From an uncultured Veillonellaceae bacterium (GTDB lineage Bacteria > Bacillota > Negativicutes > JARBTT01), in contig CAWDTA010000002.1 in assembly GCA_963805085.1 (NCBI GenBank), positions 544,001 to 608,000 of the forward strand: 64,000 nt of DNA, given 5' to 3'. Below, piece by piece: positions 7,176 through 15,469 of this stretch. Position numbers and translations under genes: made by a program. A model generated the notes under the pieces. The model did no database searches. It was not told the DNA's origin and worked only from the letters and a program-made list of their open reading frames with translations. Each line of letters opens with the position of its first letter. Positions within the stretch are counted from its first letter, which is position 1.

Positions 7176-8838
7176 GAAATCACTGAAAAAGTCAATTCGT
7201 AGCAAATATACCCCATTTTTGGTATAATAAAGATATTGTATGTATTGAAAAAGTGGGGTTTTAGTATGCTTAAATCTACATCGAAACAATTAAGCTTGTA
7301 TTCAATTTTATATGATAAAATACCCGATGATCACCTACTTAAAAGCATAGATAAAGTAGTAGATTTCAGTTTTATAAATAAATTACTTGAAGGCTCCTAC
7401 AGCAAGCATTTTGGTCGTCCAGCAAAGGAACCTGAAATGATGGCGAAACTTCTCATATTGCAATATTTGTATAATTTATCAGATGTAAAAGTCATAGAAG
7501 AAGCCTCTTTGAATCTTGCATATATGTGGTTTATTGGTATCAACCCAGATGAAGATTTACCTGATGCAAGCTTACTTGCAAAATTCAGAACACAGCGACT
7601 CAAAGATACTAGTGTTGATAATATTATTACGGAAGTCGTACACCAATGTATCGAAAATGGCCTTATTAAAGGGACAGGATTAACAATTGACGCCACTCAT
7701 GCAAAAGCCAATACAATGAAGCTAGTCCCAGAACGGATTATGAAACATTTGGCCAAGAAAATATTTAAAAATATAAAAGAAGAATCAGGAGAAATATCGC
7801 CTGAGATAAATACCACTATCCCCGATTATAAGGGAATAGTGGATCATAAAGAAGCTAAGGAAATGATGAAAACTTTTTTGGAAAGCATGATGACAGAAGT
7901 CGAAAATAACGTTGATATCTCGACCATGCCAAAAACTTCAAAAGCGATAGTCCAAGCAAAAGAGATACTAAGCGATGAAAAGTTTATCATACAAAAAGGC
8001 TTACGCTCACTTGTTGATAAAGACGCTCGTGTAGGGTATAAATCAAAAACGGATAGTTTTTATGGTTATAAAGTTGAATTTACAATGATACCAGAAGAAC
8101 GTATTATTATGGCTATAGAAACGTGTGATGGTGCTTATGTAGATGGAAATAAGTTTGGCGAATTATATAATCGAAGTAAAGAATGTGGAATTAATATAAA
8201 AGAAGCCTATGGTGACAAAGCGTATTTTCGTAAACCGATACTTGATATTTTAAAGGCAGACAATGTGGAGCCAATTATACCCGTAAGTGCGTCAGTATAC
8301 AAAATTGACGAGAGTAAATTCAGTTATAACAAGGATAGTGATCAGTGGTTTTGTATAATGGGAAATCATACGATAACAAAAAAACATGGGAAAAGTAGCT
8401 GGGGGCAAGAAATTCTAAAGTATAAATTTAATAAGGTTATGTGTAAAGATTGTCCCAATAGAGTAGAATGTGCTGGCAAAAAAGCATCTGTAAAACGTTT
8501 AGATGTTGGAATTAATACAGCTGACTATTATGAACATAATCAACGGGCAAAGACACCCGAATTTAAGGAAAAATATAAAAAACGTGCCAGCCATGAATGG
8601 AAAAATGGAGAAATGAAACGCTTTCATGGATTAGACCGTGCCCGAGGGTATGGTCTAAAAAGTATGAGTCTGCAAGCCAAGCTTACAGCTTTGGCAGTGA
8701 ACTTGAAAAGGATAGCAGCTCTAGTATCCTTTTTCTTCGAATATTTACTCCGAATTTTGAAAAATAATGTCCATCAAAGAATTATAAAATATAAAAATAT
8801 TCTAGTGACTTAAAAAATGGTCATTTTTCAGTGGTTTC
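7176..8838 (+). mobile_element. IS1182-family insertion sequence, 1663 bp, 9-bp target duplication AACCTGTCC
   Basis: IRs GAAATCACTGAAAAA / TTTTTCAGTGGTTTC (14/15); direct repeat at 7167-7175 and 8839-8847. Confidence 0.9.
7266..8813 (+). CDS. IS1182-family DDE transposase
   Basis: IPDDHLLK, GRPA, LQYLYNLSD, IDATH, YGYK, GDKAY, CxxC-x4-C, YKKRA..E.KNGEMKRFHGL.RAR and NLKRI motifs. Confidence 0.92.
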   Translation: MLKSTSKQLSLYSILYDKIPDDHLLKSIDKVVDFSFINKLLEGSYSKHFGRPAKEPEMMAKLLILQYLYNLSDVKVIEEASLNLAYMWFIGINPDEDLPDASLLAKFRTQRLKDTSVDNIITEVVHQCIENGLIKGTGLTIDATHAKANTMKLVPERIMKHLAKKIFKNIKEESGEISPEINTTIPDYKGIVDHKEAKEMMKTFLESMMTEVENNVDISTMPKTSKAIVQAKEILSDEKFIIQKGLRSLVDKDARVGYKSKTDSFYGYKVEFTMIPEERIIMAIETCDGAYVDGNKFGELYNRSKECGINIKEAYGDKAYFRKPILDILKADNVEPIIPVSASVYKIDESKFSYNKDSDQWFCIMGNHTITKKHGKSSWGQEILKYKFNKVMCKDCPNRVECAGKKASVKRLDVGINTADYYEHNQRAKTPEFKEKYKKRASHEWKNGEMKRFHGLDRARGYGLKSMSLQAKLTALAVNLKRIAALVSFFFEYLLRILKNNVHQRIIKYKNILVT

Positions 8839-8857
8839 AACCTGTCCCCCTGTCCCC

Positions 8858-8971
8858 TAGTTCATGTAATATTGCTTTTCCTAACTCTGCATCAGAAGCA
8901 AAAGCTTCATTTCCAATTAAAAATCCGTTTTCTCCAAACATCGTCATTCCAGATGCAATCACCGTAGTCAT
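8858..8971 (-). pseudogene. Fragment resembling a polymorphic-toxin metallopeptidase-type domain, cut at a REP
   Basis: MTTVIASGMTMFGENGFLIGNEAFASDAELGKAILHEL, ending exactly where the REP (8839-8857) begins; family assignment from memory. Confidence 0.5.
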
Positions 8972-8973
8972 CC

Positions 8974-9282
8974 TCAGAAATGTACACTATTCTCTATTTT
9001 ATAGGTATTTCCCACCTTTGATTCAATCAATTGAACCACTTTAGATATTTTACTTATAAACTTCTTCTCTTCCACTACGTTATCAAATCCTTTATATCTA
9101 AACTCAACTTTATTATCAATAAAAAGACTATCATATTTATCTTGAATATCTTTGAGAAGGTTTTGTATATCTATTTCATTTTTTAATTCATTAGGTACAT
9201 CATTTAAGACTATTTCACCTTTTTCATTGTATACCCATATTGGATAACACCGATATTCTAAAAGTATTCTTATCTTCCTCAT
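8974..9282 (-). CDS. Hypothetical 102-aa protein, probable orphan immunity protein
   Basis: RBS AGGAGGAG overlaps the stop of the upstream toxin-tip-like fragment; EYRCYPIW motif. Confidence 0.6.
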   Translation of the reverse strand: MRKIRILLEYRCYPIWVYNEKGEIVLNDVPNELKNEIDIQNLLKDIQDKYDSLFIDNKVEFRYKGFDNVVEEKKFISKISKVVQLIESKVGNTYKIENSVHF

Positions 9283-9291
9283 TTTCTCCTC

Positions 9292-9430
9292 CTAAGGTAA
9301 TGTCGTCGGGTTTGCGCCTACAATATGTTGCTATTACTTCCAATAGTAATAGCAACATATTGCTTGACCCCATTATATATGACTTCAAATATTGGTCTCC
9401 CCGTTCCTTTTCCCTGATAGGCAACAACTT
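9292..9430 (-). pseudogene. Frameshifted C-terminal polymorphic-toxin-like fragment beginning at a REP
   Basis: KVVAYQGKGTGRPIFEVIYNGVKQYVAITIGSN-(frameshift)-IVGANPTTLP*; GSNGxIVGANP-type toxin tip recalled, not searched. Confidence 0.55.
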
Positions 9431-9471
9431 TGGGACAACGGTGGGACAAGGGGACAGGTTTGCTGTCCCAC
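9431..9471. repeat. REP palindrome with tandem unit
   Basis: TGGGACAACGGTGGGACAAGGGGACAGGTTTGCTGTCCCAC. Confidence 0.85.
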
Positions 9472-10229
9472 TATAATCTATCAATTACGCTTTTAGAAAT
9501 TCCTGTTATTCTTGCTAATTGCCTTATCGTAATGCCATCCTTTTCTTTTATCTTTCGGATTACATTATCCCGTTGCTCTTTATTTAATCGTTGCAATTGA
9601 CTAATCGTTGTTATTCCAATTTCACTTAAATATTTCATTATTTTCTGATCGGATACAATCACTTTTTCTCTACAACCCAAACATTCATCTACATTGTTTT
9701 CATTTGTATACTCTATAAATAATTTTGTCGCCGCTGCTTTGTCACTCGAAAAATTTTCTAACGCAAGCTCTATATCTGTAATGCCTGGTATACCGACATA
9801 ATTATGATAACTACTCCACAAATATTTACCTGCATTTTTTGCAATTCCTGCTTTTACCGGATTCTGATGAATGTATCTCAAAACCATAAGAAATTATCCA
9901 TCTGTCTCGACAACTTCACTCTTATATCGCTCTTGAAACAGATGTCCACGTCGTTCATATTTTTGATTGTACCAATATACATAGCTACTACTAATTCGTT
10001 TTATCACTTGGTCTATTGATTCTTTATTCTCTTTTATCAGCAAATGAATATGGTTATCCATCAAACAATATCCATATAGCAAATAACCGCTCAACTTCTT
10101 ATAATATGCAAGCGTTTCTAAAAATCTTTGTTTGTCTTCTTCATCTTCAAATATATTTTGTTTATTGATTCCCCTACATATCAGATGATAGATTCCCGTT
10201 TGACTTTTTACCCGAGCTTTTCTTGGTGT
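9471..10229 (-). pseudogene. Near-identical RAYT copy inactivated by start loss and nonsense mutation
   Basis: 759 bp, colinear with 4250-5008; ATG to ACA at 10227-10229 and TAT to TAA at 9894-9896. Confidence 0.92.
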
Positions 10230-10267
10230 AGTATCACCTTGATATTAGTATAACATCTTTTTTATCA

Positions 10268-10296
10268 GTGGGACAGGAAACCTGTCCCCTTGTCCC
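10268..10296. repeat. REP palindrome
   Basis: GTGGGACAGGAAACCTGTCCCCTTGTCCC. Confidence 0.85.
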
Positions 10297-10325
10297 TATA
10301 TCGTTTTATTTTCTGCAAAATTTTT

Positions 10326-10613
10326 TCAATCGAACTTTAGAGAATCCATACTGTTAGGTTTGATTTCCTGCTCTAATGATTCCTTATATATTTTCGCATA
10401 GGTAATTTCTCTAAACTCTTCTAATGAAATTTCGTCAGCTATTTCATTGACCTGCCCGACTAGCGAAAAATCATATATATTAACTGCATCTTGCCACTTG
10501 ATCATCACATATTCTTTGCAATCTAAATCTGTAAGCAATTTAACTGTAAAATCAGTGTTCTCTACTTCCTGAGCAATAATCGTGGCTTTTGGTGTTCTAT
10601 AGATTCTATACAT
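10326..10613 (-). CDS. Hypothetical protein
   Basis: 95-aa ORF with AGAGG RBS; the paralogous fragment at 4130-4210 supports it being a real gene family. Confidence 0.6.
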   Translation of the reverse strand: MYRIYRTPKATIIAQEVENTDFTVKLLTDLDCKEYVMIKWQDAVNIYDFSLVGQVNEIADEISLEEFREITYAKIYKESLEQEIKPNSMDSLKFD

Positions 10614-10761
10614 TTACAGAACCTCTGTTTTCCCAAAAAACATATCTTGTCCCTTGTAAATAGAACGAACCTCTCCCCTTGGTTGTGGCGAGGAGGCTTC
10701 CTCGCCACACGCTGGTGCGATACCTTGCCCACAGCTTTTTACTACCTTGTACTGTTACCAA
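10606..10761 (-). CDS. Small basic hypothetical protein
   Basis: GGGGGA RBS before TTG; stop overlaps the start region of the next gene. Confidence 0.3.
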   Translation of the reverse strand: MVTVQGSKKLWARYRTSVWRGSLLATTKGRGSFYLQGTRYVFWENRGSVNV

Positions 10762-10853
10762 TTTATTTCCCCCTTCATCATTCTGCACGTGGTTTCTTCT
10801 ATCCGCTGATGCAGATAGAAAAAACCAACATACAGTTTGTTTCAGGGGAAATT

Positions 10854-10942
10854 AAAAAAGCGCATGCGTGGGTTTTCCAACCTACACATGCGCTATACTT
10901 CATCTTGATTGCATGCAGACGCTAAGCCTCTGCCAAAACTTC
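10854..10942 (-). ncRNA. Candidate small RNA or terminated leader
   Basis: TGnTATAAT at 10949-10957, then a strong terminator AGCGCATGTGTAGGTT-GGAA-AACCCACGCATGCGCT plus U-tract. Confidence 0.4.
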
Positions 10943-11010
10943 AATCGTATTATACCAAGCGAACGGACTATCTCCCTTGTAATCAAGGGAAAAGCACGGT
11001 ATAATAAATT

Positions 11011-11105
11011 GTCGTCGTAGACAGCTAGCTGTTACGTGTAGGTGCTCGTACCACCTGCTCGTGCCTCAGAGTGTTCTAGCACTCTCAGGACACGGCGACT
11101 TTTTT
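11011..11105 (+). ncRNA. Candidate structured small RNA
   Basis: TTGTAA-17-TATAAT promoter (10977-11005); 5' GTCGTCGT pairs with 3' ACGGCGAC followed by T6; three internal hairpins. Confidence 0.5.
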
Positions 11106-11306
11106 AATTTCCACCTTATTCCTTAATTATATTACATTTCTTAGCGATTGCAAGTAAAAGTGAGTCAAAATATGATTTTTTTATAGAGAAAAAGCGAGGT
11201 TAGCGGATTTTTTTTACGTCCGTTGACCTCGCTTTATATATTTTAGTATAGTCAATTGATTTTATTTTTCTATGGAAGATAGCATTTTATTTCACCTTGT
11301 AAATGC

Positions 11307-12050
11307 TTATATGATATCTTTTATCTGCTCACGCCATAGTAAATATCCAGAATCATTAAGATGCAAACCATCAACTGTATAATTACTTGGAAGTCGACCA
11401 TCAGAGCCAGTTAAAGCAGGCGTCAAATCAATATATGGGTAGTTATATTCGTGAGCCAATTTTTCAATTTGAACATTTAGCTGTTTGATATTGCCATTGG
11501 TCCGTAAAGCTCGGGAAGGAAATATTGTTTCATTAAACGGCAGCACACTCTGAATATAGATTTTTGTGTCTGGTAATTCATTATGCAAACGATTGAGGAT
11601 TTTTCGATAATTTGTCATTGTGTCTGGAATTGAGCTGTTAAAGCAAAGGTCATTTGTTCCAATCATTAAAAAAATTTGCGATGGCTGCAATGCAATTACT
11701 TGATCAAGACGATTTAACACGCCAAGTGTTGTATCCCCACCAATTCCCCGATTTATTACTGGCAAGTCAGGAAAAAGTTTCGACCAATCTCCCTCGTCAG
11801 TCATACTGTCCCCCAAGAAAACGATCTGATGCTCCGAATGCGGGGCTAGCGAAAAATACATTTTTCTAAAACGATAATAAATGCTCAGATAAGCTGGATC
11901 ATCAGGCTTACGACTCAGGTCATTCGCCCATAGATATAATTTTTGTTCCTTTCTGTGAGCCATAGAATGAACTGATGGATTACTTAAAACCAGCATACAT
12001 AACATAAGTATCGGTAATGTAATATAAACAACTAAATTTTTTACAGGCAT
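11307..12050 (-). CDS. GDSL/SGNH-family lipase/acylhydrolase
   Basis: FLGDSMT, NRGIGG, GTND and DGLH motifs; N-terminal hydrophobic segment. Confidence 0.92.
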   Translation of the reverse strand: MPVKNLVVYITLPILMLCMLVLSNPSVHSMAHRKEQKLYLWANDLSRKPDDPAYLSIYYRFRKMYFSLAPHSEHQIVFLGDSMTDEGDWSKLFPDLPVINRGIGGDTTLGVLNRLDQVIALQPSQIFLMIGTNDLCFNSSIPDTMTNYRKILNRLHNELPDTKIYIQSVLPFNETIFPSRALRTNGNIKQLNVQIEKLAHEYNYPYIDLTPALTGSDGRLPSNYTVDGLHLNDSGYLLWREQIKDII

Positions 12051-12255
12051 ATAATATTCTCCTAAGCTAAATTTAATAGTACAAATGCTGAGTGCACGAT
12101 CCTCTTGACTTGCCTATTTAATACGATATTTTACTATTCTATAAACCAACTAACAACTCCTTCTTGACATATAAGTTTTTAGTCATGTACTTTTAAGGAA
12201 CAAATGCTGTATAATAAAATGGTTATAATAATTAAGAATTGCGTGGTGTGCATAT

Positions 12256-12870
12256 ATGGCAAAATCAGTAGCCTCTTATCAGTCCATAGCACTGGATATT
12301 GCAAAAAGAATCATCAATGATGAATTTCCTGTCGGGACTAAAATATCTGGTAGAACACTTTTGTCTAGTCAATATAGCGTTTCACCTGAAACGATTAGAA
12401 AAGCAATTGGCATTTTAAAAAATGCTAATGTAGTTAACGTATCGCAAGGTAAAGAAATCACGATTCTCTCCTCCCAGCAAGCCTATAATTTAATTGAGCA
12501 TCACAAAGAAATTATTTCTGCTTATTCACTAAAGCAAGAATTAGAAATACTTCTTGAACAAAAAGAAGAAACAGACCGACAGTTTCGTAAGATCGTTACC
12601 GAAATCATGCGGTATTCTGATCGATTGAAAAATCTTGATCCCTATAATCCTGTTGAAATTCGAATTTCACCGAATGCTACAGTAGTAGGTAAATCATTAG
12701 AAACACTCGATTTATGGCACAATACAGGTGCAACCATTGTAGCGATCCGTAGAGAAACAGAAATTATGATTTCGCCTAGTCCAGCTACGATTCTACAATC
12801 TGATGACCGCATTGTAGTAGTCGGTTCAGCTGCTATGTTGCAAAATGTTTTTGATTTCATCAACCCATAA
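12256..12870 (+). CDS. GntR-wHTH + TrkA_C (RCK_C) regulator, BusR-like
   Basis: YQSIALDIA..ISGRTLLSSQYSVSPETIRKAI; C-terminal GATIVAIRR..SP. Confidence 0.88.
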   Translation: MAKSVASYQSIALDIAKRIINDEFPVGTKISGRTLLSSQYSVSPETIRKAIGILKNANVVNVSQGKEITILSSQQAYNLIEHHKEIISAYSLKQELEILLEQKEETDRQFRKIVTEIMRYSDRLKNLDPYNPVEIRISPNATVVGKSLETLDLWHNTGATIVAIRRETEIMISPSPATILQSDDRIVVVGSAAMLQNVFDFINP

Positions 12871-12947
12871 AACGAACAAAGTAGGAATGGCATTAAACCA
12901 CTCTCACATTGTATTAAATTGGATCTTTGCACAAGGAGAAAACTCAC

Positions 12948-14528
12948 ATGCGTACACCAAAAATAAGTAAAGCATATTATTCATTAACCCACTGGCATCA
13001 TTTTCGGCTAAAATTATTTGGCGAAGGCATTTTCATTGGTTTTATTGTTGGATTTATCATTGCAGCATTTCGCTATTTACTGGAACAAGCAGAAATGCTC
13101 CGCAGTGTCATCTATAGTTATTTGCAAACAGGATACTGGCCACTGACGATGTTGTGGTTTCTAGCATTATTCGGGATAGCTTATCTATTAAACTGGATCG
13201 TCAAAATAGAGCCAATGTCTGCTGGCAGTGGTATCCCGCAGGTAAAAGGAATCATTTTAGGCTTCATGAAAATGAATTGGTTAAAAGTATTACTAACTAA
13301 GTTTATTGGTGGTGTTTTAGCTATCGGCGCTGGTTTATCCTTAGGACGTGAAGGTCCGTCTATCCAATTGGGCGCAACGGTTGGGCAAGGGATCAGCCGA
13401 AGCCTTGGCAGATCAAAAATGGAAGAACGATACTTGCTCACAAGTGGCGCTAGCGCTGGCCTAGCGGCAGCGTTTAATGCACCATTAGCAGGAGTAATGT
13501 TTTCCTTAGAAGAATTGCACAAAAACTTTTCGCCAGCGGTTTTAATGTCAGCAGTAGCTGCAGCACTAACTGCGGTCTTAGTATCACAACAGTTTTTCGG
13601 CTACAACCCTGTATTTAACTTTATTGGCTTACCTATTTTACCTATCAACTATTATGGACTTATTATCGCACTAGGGATTTTCATGGGTTTTTTAGGCATC
13701 GCCTTCAACCGCTTCTTAATAAAGTCACTAGAGATTTACGAACAACAAACTTTACTATCTGGTATGTGGAAACTAGCTTTACCGCTGGTTCTCGCTGGAA
13801 TCATCGGTTTTTTCTTGCCAGAGATTCTAGGCGGTGGCAATAACTTAGTTGATGAATTAGCAACTAAATCATTTAGTCTAAACATGCTATGGCTATTACT
13901 CCTAGCAAAATTCTTTTTTACTATGGTGAGCTTTGGGTCAGGCGTTCCCGGCGGGATTTTTTTACCGATGTTGGTGATTGGGGCATTGGCTGGCAGTGTA
14001 TTTAGCCATATACTGATTAATTTCGGTCAACTGGATCCCTATTACAGTACGAATATTATCGTATTATCCATGGCAGCATATTTTTCGGCAGTTGTGAAAG
14101 CTCCGATAACAGGTAGTATTCTAATCATGGAAATGACAGGCTCTTTTAATCATATGTTTTCACTTATTATTGTCTCGATGACTGCTTACCTTGTAACGGA
14201 TATCGCCAAAATAAAGCCAATTTATGAAGAACTATTAGAACGCTCGTTAATTAAACAGGGAAAACTGTCCGTTAACATTACTACAAAAAAGAAAATTATT
14301 ATTGATGTAACAATTGGTATTGGTTCAAAGCTAGATGGCAAGCAAATAAAAAATATCACCTGGCCACCGAACTGTTTATTGGTAAGCATTAAACGTGGTG
14401 ATACTGAATTGGTCCCCAAAGGAGATACCCGCATCATTATCGGTGATTATTTATATGTATTAACCACTGCTGATCAGGCAAAACAACTTCGCGAACTTGC
14501 AGAGGAATGCGAACCACAACTACCATAA
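12948..14528 (+). CDS. clcA: ClC family H+/Cl- antiporter with C-terminal TrkA_C domain
   Basis: GSGIP, GREGP, AAFNAP and GGIFLP motifs; RCK_C tail. Confidence 0.9.
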   Translation: MRTPKISKAYYSLTHWHHFRLKLFGEGIFIGFIVGFIIAAFRYLLEQAEMLRSVIYSYLQTGYWPLTMLWFLALFGIAYLLNWIVKIEPMSAGSGIPQVKGIILGFMKMNWLKVLLTKFIGGVLAIGAGLSLGREGPSIQLGATVGQGISRSLGRSKMEERYLLTSGASAGLAAAFNAPLAGVMFSLEELHKNFSPAVLMSAVAAALTAVLVSQQFFGYNPVFNFIGLPILPINYYGLIIALGIFMGFLGIAFNRFLIKSLEIYEQQTLLSGMWKLALPLVLAGIIGFFLPEILGGGNNLVDELATKSFSLNMLWLLLLAKFFFTMVSFGSGVPGGIFLPMLVIGALAGSVFSHILINFGQLDPYYSTNIIVLSMAAYFSAVVKAPITGSILIMEMTGSFNHMFSLIIVSMTAYLVTDIAKIKPIYEELLERSLIKQGKLSVNITTKKKIIIDVTIGIGSKLDGKQIKNITWPPNCLLVSIKRGDTELVPKGDTRIIIGDYLYVLTTADQAKQLRELAEECEPQLP

Positions 14529-14791
14529 TAAATCGAATCGCACTCTCTCATCATCGTTTGTGTCAAAATACTTTCTCAGATTATACACAATCTTTTTAAA
14601 TGACATGAATGGTTTCGCTACCCCTTTTGTTCAACCTGCAAAAATCAAATCATAACAAAAAAAGCTGTGCATAATGTAGATTTCTGTCTACTTACGCACA
14701 GCTTTTTCATCCTTATTCTGGTGTCCAATTTATCACACAATCTTTGAAATCAAACATTTTAAAATAAAAAACAACTAAATTGGGACGCTAC

Positions 14792-15334
14792 TCATTTCGC
14801 CCGTTGTAAATCAGCGAGAATCACTTTTTCGTCATTTAACGTCACTTTATTCGGTAATACTCTATGCAGTTCATCTAAAAATTCATCACCTGGTTTAAAA
14901 TAAATTCGACAATTTTCTATTTTTCCTTTTTTAGAAGTGACAGTATAAGCAATCGTCCAAACATCTCTTGCATCAAGGGCTGACTGGAGCCTATCGGTAT
15001 GGCGAAACTTTGTAATTTCTACAAGTTTAGGTTGATACCTATAAATCCCCATGATGGAACGAAAATCTACTTCATATCTTTTTTTGCCCCAAAGACTAGA
15101 TTTATGAAATACCAAAGAATCTTGTTTTAGTTCGCAAGTATACTTTGCATGGATACGATTCAATAAAACGACTAAAAATACAACATCAAAAGTAACTCCC
15201 ATTGGCTCAAATATATTGAGCGTAAAAAATCTAATTATATCTAAAACAACCAATACTGTAAAAAATGTAATTCCAGCCATCATAATTATCGTATTTTTTT
15301 TTGCAGGCGTAGATGTAACTAGTAATCTGCTCAT
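14792..15334 (-). CDS. Hypothetical membrane protein
   Basis: Two N-terminal TM segments followed by a soluble domain. Confidence 0.7.
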   Translation of the reverse strand: MSRLLVTSTPAKKNTIIMMAGITFFTVLVVLDIIRFFTLNIFEPMGVTFDVVFLVVLLNRIHAKYTCELKQDSLVFHKSSLWGKKRYEVDFRSIMGIYRYQPKLVEITKFRHTDRLQSALDARDVWTIAYTVTSKKGKIENCRIYFKPGDEFLDELHRVLPNKVTLNDEKVILADLQRAK

Positions 15335-15469
15335 ATTGTCTCTCACCCCTTTAAAGATATTCTTAGATAAAAAAGGGACGTTGCTGAAACTTTGGCTTCA
15401 ACACTATCCCCTTTTTGTAATCGTTAACCATCATTGATCATAAAACTAGCGAACAGCTTAGGTCGATAT

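Noticed and set aside
9471-10094. ORFs 9471-9887 and 9894-10094 as separate genes
   Set aside because: They are pieces of one RAYT pseudogene split by a nonsense codon.
4211-10296. GGGACA repeats as a CRISPR array
   Set aside because: Irregular kb-scale spacing, inverted orientations, association with RAYT genes and no cas genes.
12948-14528. Fluoride-specific CLC-F
   Set aside because: It has GSGIP and GREGP rather than GNNLI and GREGT at the selectivity motifs, and no fluoride riboswitch is seen upstream.
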